From assembly GCA_964016885.1 (NCBI GenBank), contig OZ024750.1:20026001-20090000 (forward strand): DNA of 64,000 nt, written 5' to 3'. Both the position numbers and the translations under genes were made by a program. Positions 1 to 14,318 of the stretch are shown in pieces. The stretch is from Eledone cirrhosa. Taxonomy: Eukaryota. Numbering within the stretch: position 1 is the stretch's first letter; each line of letters begins with the position of its first letter. The notes beneath the pieces are model-generated. The model was given only the letters and a program-made list of their open reading frames with translations, had not been told where the DNA came from and searched no databases.

Positions 1-486
1 CGCAACGCTATTTGCTTGCAAACGAATAAAATAAATTAGAAAATATAGTCCTATTTTACTTTGCATATACTTATAACTAAATCCATAGATCCATGAAGAA
101 ATCGTGTCTTCGTTGTCATTTTATTTCAGGATTGCATATTCAAAGGATGTCAGGAAAATTGTAATATTTAAGTGTGATTCATAATAGACTAGGCATCACT
201 AATGTCCTGGCAATAACTGTAATAACTGATCCTACTTACGAAAGAACCTTTAGACTGGACCTAGAGAAAGTGAAATATATTATAAATACTTTTCACGATT
301 TGAGATGTATCGTTCTTATGGTAATACTGTTTGAGAAAAAGAAAAAAAAGGTTCACTTTCCATTTTACTCGTTTTTCACTTCGAGTATTTCTTATAATTA
401 CTCATATATATGGAATCTGTATATCTATGTCTATTATTTTCAGTCTCTATCCCCCCTCCCTCTCTATCTATCTATCTATCTATCTA

Positions 487-565
<79 letters not shown>

Positions 566-602
566 ATTTCTCTTACTCTCTCTCTTTCTCTCCATCTATC
601 TC

Positions 603-636
<34 letters not shown>

Positions 637-949
637 TAAACGGAATAGAAAATGCTGACAAATTGTTCACAGTTGAAAAATGGTTTAATTAGGAATAAAA
701 GAGTATTAGTGATTGTATGGGTTAGTATTCAGTTGTGGTTTTAAATTTTTAAGTTTTTACCGGTTGCGCATTTCTAAATGCTTTTCAAAAATAATTTTGA
801 GATAGAGTGTCCGTGTTGTTTGCTCTGATCTTTATATATATTGTTATACTTGGGGAGGGTCATATTTGTGTAATAATATTGCCAGAATTAATAACGGAAC
901 ACACTCACTGTTTGGTTGGTTTTCGCTTCTGTGTCTTTTATATCGATAA

Positions 950-2125
950 TCTAATTAATTCGGTCCTCAATGTTAGCATTGACTGACCGACGGTCAAACA
1001 TACAGATACAATATAAACACAAACACATATATATAGTCCAACGAAGTTCTTTCGTTGCACATCTGCAACATCGTCAGTGGTGCTATTATGTTTCCTCCCG
1101 TTGTATTGTATGCCTACGCAATCTTTATTTAGTCTGTTTATTTATATATTTATTTTTTTTTGTCTTCTTGCGCATGCGTTTGCGTGTGTGTATTGTGTTT
1201 TGATTGATGTGTGTTCGTGTTTGGGTGACTGTGTATTGATTATTGTATTCTATCTTAGTTTACTAGTGTGTCTGTATATGTGTTTGTTGTTATTGTGATT
1301 GTGTATGTATTTATCTATTTATTTATACTTCTCTTACGTCAGTGTTGTTTGTTTGGGTGTTGTTGTTATTCCATTCATTTTTTCTGTTTAGCCTTGGCCT
1401 TCTAAGTTTATTTCGCTGGCCTCTCTGATTTGCTGGGTCATTTCTATGCTTAGATATTATTCTAATTTCTATGTTGTCTATGTTACCTTCGTGCTGTTGC
1501 CTGGCATGTTCGTATAGTACTGAACCGTCTTGTTGTCCTTTTAGTTTCCCCCAATGTTGGTCTATCCTTTTACCTATGCTACGAGCTGTCTCGCCTATGT
1601 ATGTTGTTGTCATGTTTCTGCAAGTACCCTCTGTACATCTTATGCTATAGACTACGTTTCTAGTGTTACACTTTATCCGGGGGTTTACTTTACATATAAT
1701 ACATTTCCTATTAGTACAATGGGTTTTCTTAAAGGGTAGGTTTTGCTGATCAGGGATTTTATGGTGGTTCCTGGCTTTTCTACCACCTTAATCTTTACGT
1801 GGATCTTCCTCAGGGCCTTTCTAAACTGGTTAGCTAATTTTCCTCCAGTGGTAGCGTCCACAAACATGACGCTCTGGTATCTTTGGTTGTCGTACCGTGA
1901 GGTGGCTTTCCTTATCTTATGTCTAGTCCTATCTAAGCTATTCTATGATTTGCTCCTGTATAACGGGCACATTCCTTTCATGTCCAGTTCTATGAGGGTC
2001 TTATACTTCTCCGTGGGTCCTTCGTATACTCTCAGAGAACTGCATGCGGCTAATGAAGTGTTGGATGTGTCTTTCCATTTCTGTTGGGTCGCACACACTG
2101 GACACGTTCTTCATCACTCGTACTA
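950..2125 (-). mobile_element. Penelope-like retroelement 3' relic (linker + GIY-YIG endonuclease, frameshifted) with pLTR-like tail
   Basis: Minus-strand ORFs 1685-1867 (FVDATTGGKLANQFRKALRKIHVKIKVVEKPGTTIKSLI) and 1323-1613 (TYIGETARSIGKRIDQH...SVLYEH...PRLNRKNEW) match the PLE linker and the YIGET-x-R...R..QH GIY-YIG motif. Broken by frameshifts and stops. Boundaries are approximate. Confidence 0.85.
1033..1086 (-). ncRNA. Degenerate minimal hammerhead-ribozyme-like motif in the PLE tail
   Basis: Minus strand reads ATAGCACCA-CTGACGA-T-GTTGCA-GATG-TGCAAC-GAAA-GAACTTCGT-TGGACTAT: CUGANGA core, 6-bp stem II, GAAA and an imperfect stem I. The NUH site is not canonical. Confidence 0.5.
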
Positions 2126-2186
2126 AGTCTGCGATCAGAATATTAAATTTATCACTACGGGACATTGCTGAGTTTTAAGTATCAGG

Positions 2187-2280
<94 letters not shown>

Positions 2281-2349
2281 TGTGTATGGTTGTGCATGAA
2301 TGTGTATGAATGTGTACATGATGCCTGTTTATATAAATATATGAATGTG

Positions 2350-2389
<40 letters not shown>

Positions 2390-2765
2390 GATAGATAGAT
2401 AGATAGATACATAGAGAGAGAGAGAGAAAGAGAGTAAGACAGAGAAATAGGGAGACAATTAAACACAAATGTATATATATATGTGTATGTGTGAGTGTGT
2501 TTGTATATTAAGCATGTGAGTATTAGTATCGGTTGAACTTCTTTGAAGAAGATAATGATATTTAGTTCAATGAGGAATAAGCATCAGTTCTTTATTATTA
2601 ATCGGTTAAACCTGTGATAAATATACCGATTTATGTGTATCGACTTCATTAATGGAAAGAAAAATAAACAGCATGGATTAATATATTTTCTCTGAAGTTA
2701 TCCATAAATTAATTTCTAAATGCTGTTTCGCATAGCAATTGAGGATATTGAAAGATTAATAGTAA

Positions 2766-2943
2766 TAATTCTTTCTAGTTTTGGCACAAGGCCAGCAAAT
2801 ACCAAGAACATTACTGGTACTTTATTTTATCATCTCCCGTAAGGATGAAAGGCAAAGTTAACCTCAGCGGGATTTCAACTCAGAATGGCATATTCCGTAA
2901 AGCATGGCGTCCGACCCTCTACTGATACTGCCAATCCACTGCC
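2766..2943 (-). mobile_element. tRNA-derived SINE, family 1
   Basis: Reverse complement of the consensus GGCGGTGGATTGGCAGTATCGGTAG...GTTCAAATCCCGCCGAGG...CCTTTCATCCTTACGG...TTGTGCCAAAAGTAGAAACAATTAT, seen more than 10 times in this window. Pol III A/B-box-like motifs. Confidence 0.85.
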
Positions 2944-4023
2944 ATGGTGTCTGATTGTATAGAGATACCAACATGTGATTCGGTACAGACAGGAATATGG
3001 TTGTCGTTTCATTTAGTCAAATCTTAGCTAAAAATTTGGCCACCTACGCGAATGTATTTAATTTATATACATTCTGCTAAATATGTAAAATATATTAAGA
3101 ACTAAATCGCTCTGCTCATGTTGCCAGGAATATTTCACTATTTTGATGCAGAATAACATCACATTTCAGATGAGAAAATATGACTTTTAGTATGCCTCCT
3201 CTTGTTATAAACGTGTGATATATATAATGAATTGTAGTATTTTCTTTCTTTCTTTCGAATATGTTAATTGGAGAGGGTTGTTTCCAATACGACCGTCTTG
3301 ATGGCGTGTCCTGAGAGCACCTACCCTACGACAGACCACAGATACTTAAAAAAAATTGTTACAAATAGTCGCAATAAAAGTCCATATTCTGACCCATTAA
3401 TAATTTAGAATGTTATGTGCTATATTGAATAGATAACTGATGTTTTAAAACAATTCTTTATACTTCTAATGCAGTGTATCACATTCTCGAGTGAAGTAGA
3501 GTTAATAATGTCAATAAGATCATCATTAATCCTTGATACTAACGACACTGTATTTAACGATGATGTTTTTGAACCTCAAACAACAAACAGCACTATTGAT
3601 ATATATTCCATTACTACATAACACTACTACACATAATATGATCATTAGTGTAATGATTTAAATGTCATCTCTTCACAATCTTGATTATGGCTATACTTGA
3701 GTGGAATGTTGGCGAAATATTCCTGTTTATTTTAAATATGTATTGGAATTCTTGTTTCTGAGTAATTTTGTCGGCCTTATCAAATATTATTAAAACGTCG
3801 AATGTCCACACATTATTGACTGATCGTATTATGATTTACGATCGTATTCGGTACCGTTTCTAAGGAGATGGCAATTATATCTCAAGATTTGATTTTCATA
3901 GCGTTACAACAAATGGATGTATATAATTGTTATTTAGAGAAAAAAATGAAATTATTATAGAAAGACAGTCCAGTTAATGTTTTACGCTGGAATGCACATC
4001 CCCAATAATCTCGATATTACATG

Positions 4024-4059
<36 letters not shown>

Positions 4060-4828
4060 GGAAATTAAAATAGCAAGGAAAATAATCAACATACTGTTCC
4101 GCTGCTTAGATGATTTACGTTTTAATGGTTCCTAGAGAAATGGGAGATTAACAGTGAATTTCTTATTTCCGTTCCAATGGGCATAGTATATACCACATCC
4201 ATATGCCAAGTGCAAGAGGAAAATATTTCTGTTGCCATTGTGAATTGATAGCATGTCATCATCGCCATATATATCCGAACGCGTATATGCTACTATACAA
4301 ATTAATGTGTGTGAACATATATTGCAAAATCATAACGTAATAAATGATTAAAAGAAAACTAAAAGTATAATATATATATAAAATATAAAATATTTGCTTT
4401 GAAATAAAATAAACGAGATTAAACGCAAAAAATATAATAAATTGTATGGAATGTTGAATTAACTGTAAAGTGTTGTATTCAATTTGAATCCATGAGCTTT
4501 ATTGAAGAAGTCATTTACTTCCAAATTACTCTAATGGAATTTTTACTTCTATTCAGTTTATTTCAGTTTTATTTACAATCTTTAATTTTGTGTCATGGTT
4601 TCCTCAATAGGATGACTTAGAAAATAATATAAAATATTATTAAATGAATTGAGTACAAAAAATAAGAAGAAATCAAACACAAATATGTCATTACAAAATT
4701 TTTAACATTTAATGTAAATATTGCTGTTTTTTCTTGTTTTGTCTTCGTTCATAATTTATTTCTCATTTTGGCCTAAACTACATGTTATATTGTTTTTATT
4801 ATTTTCAATAATTTTACCATGTTTTCAG

Positions 4829-4961
4829 CTAAAAATACACCAGAAAGGAAATTACAACAGAAGCAACAAATTGCGTGGTGGGGAAATAAGATACAAGAAC
4901 TAAATGAGAATCCTGAAGGGAACGCGATTGAAGCAGAAGTAGATGGCCAAGTGGGAAGATG
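4829..4961 (+). CDS. Isolated candidate coding exon, product unknown
   Basis: Acceptor TTTTCAG at 4828, donor GTAAAT at 4962, open frame KNTPERKLQQKQQIAWWGNKIQELNENPEGNAIEAEVDGQVGR. Purine-rich against AT-rich flanks. No partner exons identified. Confidence 0.4.
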
Positions 4962-5726
4962 GTAAATAAATAGTTCTATATTTATTGAAGAAAAAACTGC
5001 ATATATATGAGTATTGACATGGATGTTTTGATATTTAACAAATATTTACTTGTCGTTCAAATTTATAAGGAAATTATTTGTAACAAACAACTACATCCCA
5101 ATAAGAAAGACAGCGACGACATAAAATATTTAAAGATGTATTGACAAATCAAGGAATAGCTGTTAAAAGATTAAGGTTATATATATTTTTTAAATGTAGT
5201 AGTTATTTTATATTCAGTTATAAAATAATTTATTGACATGTTTAACATTCAAATGTCGATTGTTTTTTATGCTTCCTATATATGTTAATGCATAAAGATT
5301 TACATATATTCATGATTCATATTTAGCAAAAGCAAAATATCCCTTAAATATTGGTGGAGGCGTATGGTAACTGTCAAGAGAGATAGTGTGTTTTGGTAAT
5401 TATAATACATCTGGTGGAACCCATCGAACTTCAGATCGGAATATTCTCCAGATAATATAAATGAGAGAGAGATAAGTCACAAAGCAGTAATGGTAGTTGA
5501 TTGGGTATTGCAAATATCGAAGAGGTGGAGGATAATTTTGACCAAGGTGGGATATAAACACAGAATGAAGTGAGACTTATAAAAGAACTGAAGCATTCTA
5601 TACGATGTTACAACTACTAACCGGTCTGCATATTGATCTCTTAATCTATCTTTATACCTATCTATCAACATGCCTATCTCTATATCCATCTATCCACCTA
5701 TATATCTTTATATGTACATATATATA

Positions 5727-5775
<49 letters not shown>

Positions 5776-5859
5776 AGATAGATAGGTGGATATATGGATA
5801 GATAGATATATTGATAGATTGATATATAGATGGATTATATACTTATATGCATATATGTA

Positions 5860-6001
<142 letters not shown>

Positions 6002-6029
6002 CATATGTAGATATGTATATATACACATT

Positions 6030-6065
<36 letters not shown>

Positions 6066-6375
6066 TATATATGTAAATATATATACATATACAGCCGGAT
6101 GGCTGAAACAGGTAAAAGAGTAATATATATATAGTGTCGGTGGTTCAGTGTATTACTGGTGTTGGTACTAAATCAAGCGCTCTATATACTTTCCGATTGA
6201 GTGTCTCATGACAACGACACTTATAATTTTTGCTTCTGACATCAACTAACATATAATATATAATCCGGTTTGAAGTGACACGTACAATCTTCTAATTATG
6301 AATGTCTCAGAAACTGATTACATTACATTAGAATCATTTTTTATAATCTAAATCTAAATCTAAATCTAAATCTAA

Positions 6376-6437
<62 letters not shown>

Positions 6438-6455
6438 TATATATAAATATATAAT

Positions 6456-6489
<34 letters not shown>

Positions 6490-6499
6490 TATATTTATT

Positions 6500-6546
<47 letters not shown>

Positions 6547-6552
6547 ATAGAA

Positions 6553-6595
<43 letters not shown>

Positions 6596-6821
6596 CATAT
6601 ATTAGCTTTGTATCGTTTAAAAATGACATTTAATAAGTAAATTGGTGGCAATATTTGACAGATGATATAAGTTAGCTAGTACTTATGCTGACCAGTGTGA
6701 TGCCCGAAGCTACAAGTTATATGTAAATTTCAAATATGTTATATTCATATTCATAGACTAACCTTTTAGCTGTAGGATAACTTTCGTTTAGACATAACAT
6801 CTCTCAAGAAATAGGCAATTA

Positions 6822-7150
6822 TCGAAGCCGGCCGAAAAGTTATCCGACATAAAAGTAGAAAATAAATGTAGGTAGTTTGAGCGGTTGAAGTGCTAATTAC
6901 CATCAAAGTACGCCACATGCACCTCAACACACTTAGAGATGCGATCACCCCACTGTTCGAAGCACGTTTGCAATATTTCTTCCGGAATGGCAATAAGGCC
7001 CAATGATCACGATGTCCTCAAACGAGTTAAAATGGACATATCCAGAACGTAGGTCTTAAAGAATGTGGTTCTTTGCTTGCCACAACATATGGAATCAACA
7101 GTGGTGAATAGTCCTGTGGTGACTGCCAGTGTGGTATGATCCAGATATCG
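6822..7150 (-). mobile_element. Mariner transposase C-terminal relic with TIR-like end
   Basis: Minus strand IPEEILQTCFEQWGDRISKCVEVHVAYFDGN* resembles the mariner C-terminus (CFxxWxxRxxKCxxxxGxYF). It is preceded by a degenerate WIIPH...SP motif and followed by GGATAACTTTTCGGCCG. Confidence 0.65.
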
Positions 7151-7161
7151 GGTCTTTTATA

Positions 7162-7369
7162 ATGATCAATATCATGAACACATTTTTTGCTGATAGTAGT
7201 CGAAGAAAACAATCTTCAACACCATGAATTTTCTACACACACATCGTACATCTTAAGGCTTTATTAGTGTTGGATGAACAGGATCGTTTATGATGATCAG
7301 TATCATGTACACATTCTATTGGTGATTGTAGTCGAAGAAAATCTTCATCACCATGAAGTATCTACACAC
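7162..7369. repeat. Diverged ~78-bp direct duplication (7162-7240 and 7294-7369)
   Basis: ATGATCARTATCATG.ACACATT...GTAGTCGAAGAAAA...TCTTCA.CACCATGAA...TCTACACAC occurs twice. Confidence 0.75.
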
Positions 7370-8411
7370 ATATGCATTTTAAGATCTTGATTGTAATCAA
7401 GAAATTCGGATCCATGCTGGCAGGATAAGGAAATTGAAAATGTGAAAATAACCTCACATTCACACAAACTCCCTGTCTCAGACTGACTTGTGCATCAATC
7501 CAGCTCACAGAACGCCAGGCTTTCTTATATGTACAGCTATACATTACACTGGGAAAATATGATGCTATACGTTTTTTTCACAGACCTCTTATACAGTTCA
7601 TTTCTGAACTATGTTTTTTTTATTTTCTTACCTGTGTTCCACTCATCTTCATTATCATCATCGTAATCATACCCATTATTACTCATAGCTAATTACTAAC
7701 CGGAGATAATTATTGATAATTCAAACCGGATCACTGTCATCGAAATATATTAGGACTTTTGATATCAAAACGCCTGTATACTGCACCTGCATAGTTTATT
7801 TCAAAGCATGTAAATCAATTTAAATCTTTCCCTGTTTTGATAAGACATTTAGTTAAATTATTATTAAATCCTTCCATATTTAATATATCATTCAAATTTT
7901 AAATTAAGTGGCTGTATCTTTCATTCTAAGAATTGTCACGAAAGTGCTAAATTGTATATATAAAAGCATATACTTTAACTTTATTTCCAATTAACATATG
8001 AAAGCATCACTATCAAAGAAAAGTTTTTTGTTATGAAAATATATTTTTCTCTGTTGCTCATACATATCTCTGTAGCAGTTGAGCATGCTAGGCAGTTGTT
8101 TCGATATTCAGTTATCTCCCATCAGTGATATGCACTCAATCGGTTCTGAGATGTTAATAGTCTACAACATATATGGATAGTGAGTAGTGAACATTTGTTG
8201 GAGAATCTTATTTTTATATACGGAAATAGAAAACTAGAAACACTCAGTTACATATGCGAATCTGGCTGTTCATAATTAGTTTGCAGTAGCACTAAGATAG
8301 CGTTAAGCATAGCATAATTGTATATGGAAGATTATAATATATGATTATATACAATAATGAGAGCCTCGTATGAGAGCCTCGCTTTAAAGAACATTGTTTT
8401 TCTGCATGAAA

Positions 8412-8545
8412 TAATTGTTTCTGCTTTTGGCACAAGGCCAGCAATTATCCCAGGGTAACCTCGACGGGATTTGAACTCATATCATAAAGGGCCGTAACAC
8501 TTTGCTGCAAAGCATGGCGTCTGACTCTCTACCGATACTTCCAAT
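8412..8545 (-). mobile_element. SINE family 1, internally deleted copy
   Basis: GGCACAAGGCCAGCAATT...AACCTCGACGGGATTTGAACTC...CTCTACCGATACT matches the other copies. Confidence 0.8.
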
Positions 8546-9983
8546 TACTTTTCTATTTTGCTCTGTGACATGACATAGATATATAATAGCTGTTAAGATT
8601 GCCAGACAGCTGTTTTAAAATTTGCTAATCTCTCACCAGTGACATTCACCCAACTCATACGGAGACAAAAATAGCAAACCTATGATGAACACATTATTCT
8701 TCAATTTTGTTCCGTGAACCTGTGAAGGATATCTCATCAGTGACAGTCACTAAACTAACGTGGGATTTACATATTTTAAGTGGTCCTGTAGATGCTTTCT
8801 TTACCTATGTGAAATAGGAATATTGTGGTTTACATTCGCCTCTGGTTGTTTACGCTTATCTCATAATGAGAAAATGTGTAGACGTAAAAATCTCACGTTA
8901 GTATTATGGATGAGTATCATTACTAATTATTGTTTAAATGTGTAAGATGGATACTTCACCACTATGTCATACAGAATGATAGTTCACCTAGACGAACTCT
9001 GTGTTAGGCTGTGTAATTTATTAACGTATATGCGGTGGTTACTCGTCTTATGTTTATTAACTAAAGGGACAATTATACTTGCTAGAGTAGATGATTAAAT
9101 TCCTAACATAATTACTTTTCTTAATCTATGTTTGACATTCCAATTACACTGCGAAATGTTTTGAATAACTCTCCATATCAATAAAATACATGCTAAGCAT
9201 GTGTACAAGGCCTCTGAAACACAAACACAACCTTCAATCAATTGTTTATTCGTTGTGTAAGGGCTCATTATTTTACGAGTTATCCGTTAATTCAGAGGAT
9301 ATGCTTGACACGTAACCGGTGTGAAATGTAAAGATTTAATATGGAATTAGTGCCTCAGGATGTGTTGGTTTCGTGTATAAAGGAGCATTATGAAACTGAT
9401 TTATTTCTTTAACTAAAATAAGCCTACTGTGTAAAGAAAAAAATACTTGGCGATATGAACGCCTCAATGTACAGCATCTTCAAACTGGATCACTGTCACG
9501 GAAATATATTGGGCACATTTGATATTAAATTGCATGTATCCCCACTCCCATGGTTTTACGTTAAGCGCTTATTTCAAGGCGTTTAAATGTACTTACACTT
9601 GATATTTAGAAATGTAGTAATGTTCCTTAACCTTTTCATGTCCATGTTTATTTTATACGAATTTAAATGTAGGTGTCAATTTCCTTTATATGGAATTTGG
9701 TGTCGCAATGGTTAAGTTGTTTACACTTATCTAAAAACCTTTCATAATTTGATGTAAGAATGCATATTATTTAAAACACCAGCTTAATAAGGAGAAAGCT
9801 ATATTACCAAATCATTGTAAATTCCTGATTGGTTTCAAAATTAGTTGAAATAGCCAGGTAGCGGATTCAATATATACTCTATAAATCAGTTAGGAATTAC
9901 ATAGTACATATTTTAAGGACACGTGTGAAATTATGTTTCAAATACTAAGCCTGTAATGAAAATGTTGATTATTTTACGAAATA

Positions 9984-10330
9984 CAGGGAGGGCATAAAGA
10001 TCTCGCTCATTTGCAACGGGCTGTACTGGCGTTAGAGGGGCGGGATAGGTCACCTTCGGTAGACTAGGCTCTATCATTTGCAGCGTCTATCATGATTTGG
10101 ACCGGTGAATATCGTGGGTTTGTTGATAAAGCTTATAATGAAAACAATCATTGTGTAATAGCAACGCAGTGAAACTTCCGTACAGGCTTCGTACTCGGTC
10201 CAAATGTATCTGCACCAGATCAGAAACAAATCTGTACTTTTTAGAAATATAATCATGGTTTTTTTCTAGATTGTTGTGTTCTTTTTTCTATATCCCTTCA
10301 AAAATTGGGAGATCTTTATGTCCCACCCTG
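9984..10330. mobile_element. Non-autonomous Tc1/mariner element (MITE-like) with TIRs and TA target duplication
   Basis: Left end TA|CAGGGAGGGCATAAAGATCTC, right end GAGATCTTTATGTCCCACCCTG|TA. These form ~21-bp imperfect terminal inverted repeats flanked by TA. Confidence 0.8.
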
Positions 10331-10554
10331 TATTTTAATATTGGCAAATTTATTTGATAATTAAACGCAGTTCCGAACAACAGATTTTTAACTATAGTGT
10401 AAATATATTATCAAATAATTCCAAATTTCTCATTATTGAACAAATTATTGAAATTGAAAGACAGCATCATTAATAGAAGCATGGTGACGAAAGCGTTAAT
10501 AATATGCTGCATGATATGAATATATATCTATATAATATATGGCACAAATCTTAG

Positions 10555-10780
10555 AAAGCAGGCCGAGAAAATGTTGAAGATGGACTTCGTTCTCGAAGTC
10601 TAATCTCGTCAACAAATGAAAAAAAAATGTCGAAGTAGTGCCAGCGGTGCTGGAGAATGATCACTGATTAAATGTTATTATGATTGCAGAAGAAACGGAT
10701 TTGATTAAAAATGTAGTACACAGAACTTTAACAGACAATGTGCACATGCAAAAATATTGCCAAAAATAGTACCTAAACTG
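10555..10780 (+). mobile_element. Mariner transposase N-terminal (HTH) relic
   Basis: Frameshift-corrected reading GRENVEDGLRSRS..STNEK/NVEVV..VLENDH*LNVIMIAEETDLIKNVVHRTLTDNVHMQK../KIVPKL parallels the mariner EDxxRSGRP...DRRxTxxxIAEEL...VHRIL...WVP segment. Confidence 0.75.
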
Positions 10781-11824
10781 GATAATTCCCAGCTGTTTAA
10801 GCCGAGGAGTGGTGGCGCTACTGAGAAAAGAACACAAACGAAAGGGACACCGTAAATATACATATCTACATATGTCTATGTGTGTTTGTATACATGTATG
10901 TGTATATAGGCTTTGTCAGGGCATTCTTCTAGGAGAAAGTAATTCTGGAAACTGGGATAACTCCGACATAAAACCTGCGGCTTAGTAGTTACCGATGATG
11001 TAGATCTTTTTTCTTTTCGGGTTATAGCTACTGTCGCTCAGAGAGTGGGATTGGCTCAGTGCATAGTCTTTCCCCACTTTAAATAAAATCTTCACACACA
11101 GGCATTGTACGATAGAATTAATTAATAATTATTGATACTGGTATGTCGTGCAGTGGCGATACTCGATAACAAGTGGGCAGCCATCATGTCTACACACTAG
11201 TTTATGACGTCGGTACGTTAATCAAACGTATCGCATATTTCACAATATCATTTAGAATATTCGTCAAGTTTGAATGAATACATTTCTTTTGGAATCTTGA
11301 CTATTTAAAAAATGTTCATATGTGAGTAAAATAAAAAGGATTTTAAATGGAATGCTTCTACATACATAGCTTAATGGTTTAATCATATCTAGAAAGTGTT
11401 AAATATGGAATATCTAAATTTATTCTATGCTTACATAAAATGATTCGCATTTTACTCTCTTTTATTCCGACGTCGGTGAGAGTACATTTTCAGAATGGAT
11501 TTGCAAATTAAATGTTATTGGTGCATGTCATGTTAAATTATGTTTTAGTTATATATTTGTTACGTTGGAAAAATTTACAAATTTGAAAGCTGCGTTCACT
11601 TTTTCAGGTTTCTCAAATGCTTCAAATATAACAATATAGTGAACTATTTTAAAGTGGGGAGATTTAATCTGTGTAAAATATTTGCAATATCTACAAATGA
11701 AGTTTGATTGGTTGTAATGTACAGAGCGGAATCGAAGCTATATTCGGAGCCATCTTTATGACATTTATTAAATAAAACGGTATCCTTTCGTGAGGATCAC
11801 ATTGCTTGCGATATAACAAATGAA

Positions 11825-12151
11825 ACTGAGATAGAAATATATAAATTGAGAATAAAACCAGCACGTTTGCTTTTTGTTTGTAAGGTTATTTTTTCTATTT
11901 TCAAATATATGATTGTAACGTTAATGTCGACTTTCAAACATTTAATATATTTAAAAGAAAATATGATTCAATATTATTTTGTAGAAATATACTCATATCA
12001 GAGGTCATAGCTACGATTCCCACTAACCTGATTTGAAATAAAAAGTAGTTTAATCTAAATTATATATAAATATATATAAGTTATGGCATATGTATATTCA
12101 ATGAACATTACCCCCAATCCCCTCTATCCCCCATCCCCCCTCTCCCTCTCC

Positions 12152-12197
<46 letters not shown>

Positions 12198-12524
12198 GGA
12201 GAGAGAGAGGCGGGGGAGAGAGGGGGGAGATAATGTTCATTGAATATACATATGCCATAACTTATATATATTCATATAGAATTTAGATTAAACTACTTTT
12301 TATTTCAAATCAGGTTAGTGTGAATCGTAACTATGACCCCTCATAGTGTTGCATGAGTATATTTCTACAAAATAATATTGAATCATATTTTCTTTTAAAT
12401 ATATTAAATGTTTGAAAGTCGACATTAACGTTACAATCATATATTTGAAAATAGAAAAAATAACCTTACAAACAAAAAGTAAACGTGCTGGTTTTATTCT
12501 CAATTTATATATTTCTATCTCAGT
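11825..12524. repeat. ~700-bp near-perfect palindrome centred on (TA)n
   Basis: Arm 11825-~12154 is the reverse complement of ~12195-12524, with few mismatches and one small indel. Confidence 0.9.
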
Positions 12525-12540
12525 AATAATGTATGTAAAT

Positions 12541-12637
<97 letters not shown>

Positions 12638-13589
12638 CCAGTATCCCCTTTTCACTCCATCAATGGTTTTGAAGACAAAGATGAATACCATTTGAGACTA
12701 GTTACATCACAACTAATTTTACTAGCCTCGTAGACTGGAACAGTGTGAAATAAATTGATTTGCTCAACGACACGCATGATCAATTCCGAGAGTTGAATTC
12801 CTGATTTCACAATCCTCAGCCAACATTCTAACGATCAGGCCAATTATAAATAAAAAATAAAAATACGTGAGATAAAATGGAATCATGCATAACATGGATA
12901 ATATAACGAAATGCTTTAGCATTTAAATTATTTACAGCGATACAAGATGAGCCAAAATTAACAACACAAGTGAAAACAATAATAGTATTCAATAGTACAA
13001 ATATTTGTATTTTCTCATAGGAAATTCCTTGATTTCGGCGTTTCTATTCTTTTCAGAAAATTCTAACGTTAAGATTAATTCCAACAAATGATAATACAGT
13101 GGTTATATTATTATGGTATAATAACATTCTGTTATAGCAATGTATATACATTTCTTTATCATATTTCTAGTGATGCAATATTTATTGAAAATACTCAAAT
13201 AGAAGATATCTTTAGGGAATTAAAATCGATAAACCCTTTTCTTATCGAGGGACGAAATTCGCGTAGAGATAAAGATTAAGATAATATAGCAAACGCCATT
13301 ATAAATGCAAACATAGCCATCACAGACTTAAATAAAAACAGGTACAAACATCAATATCTCAAGGGGAAATCACATTATAACTGCAGCCAATATAGAACTG
13401 TCTCTGACAAAAGAGAGGAGAGGGGAATAAATCACTCTAAAGTAAGAGAACACAAAATAAAAATTCGAAACAATAGGTGTATATATGATCTAATTGCGGG
13501 AGATTGAAGCTGTGTGTATGTCACAGCTCGTTGTGTGGTCGCGTGAGAATGATGAACACTATACCTTTCTCCAAGAACCGGTCGCTCTC

Positions 13590-13790
13590 CGGTAGGGTTG
13601 CGGCCGTGCCCTTGGCAGTGGAGACTTCTGGAGTCCTTGGCCCTAGGGCTATCTCCCTACTTACCACCATAAGCACTGAGCCTGCTAGCCGCAGGTGTGA
13701 GCCTCGCGAGTTGGAATGGCTCTTCCAGCGCATCTCCCTTACCATCCTCCGGGAAAACGCCTTCTCCATTCTGTCCACTGGAACTATGGG
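13590..13790 (+). mobile_element. C-terminal fragment of a CRE-like (RLE-type) non-LTR retrotransposon
   Basis: VPLAVETSGVLGPRAISLL...RELEWLFQRISLTILRENAFSIL resembles the PxAxETxGxxG...LxQRxSxxIxRxNA C-terminal signature of CRE-clade elements. Confidence 0.7.
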
Positions 13791-14207
13791 GAGGCCAGCA
13801 GGTGGGACCCTATTTTCTCACCATAGAGAGAGAGATAGGGGAGAGTGAGAGAAATGGAGGTGATGACAGTGGCAGTGCGGCTCTTCCACGTTCGGATCAT
13901 ACCCTTGTGGGGTGTCCATACACAAAATATGATAGCACTTTTGTCTTGAACTGTTTCATGAAACTGTTTGTCTACAACAACATACCAAATTCTCCTTCTT
14001 AATTGTATACCTTAAGATTGTCTGCATCTCGCTATGTCGTGTGGCTGACATCTCCTCGTAAGGTGTTCGTCAATTTTACCGCTGGGTGCAATTGAAATGT
14101 ACCGCCTAGAAAATGCCGTATATGATCCTCCTTCTGAAACTTTTCTAATTTAATTCTGTATCATTTAAATATTGTTTTAAATACATTCATCAATGTCAGT
14201 TTCTCTT

Positions 14208-14318
<111 letters not shown>

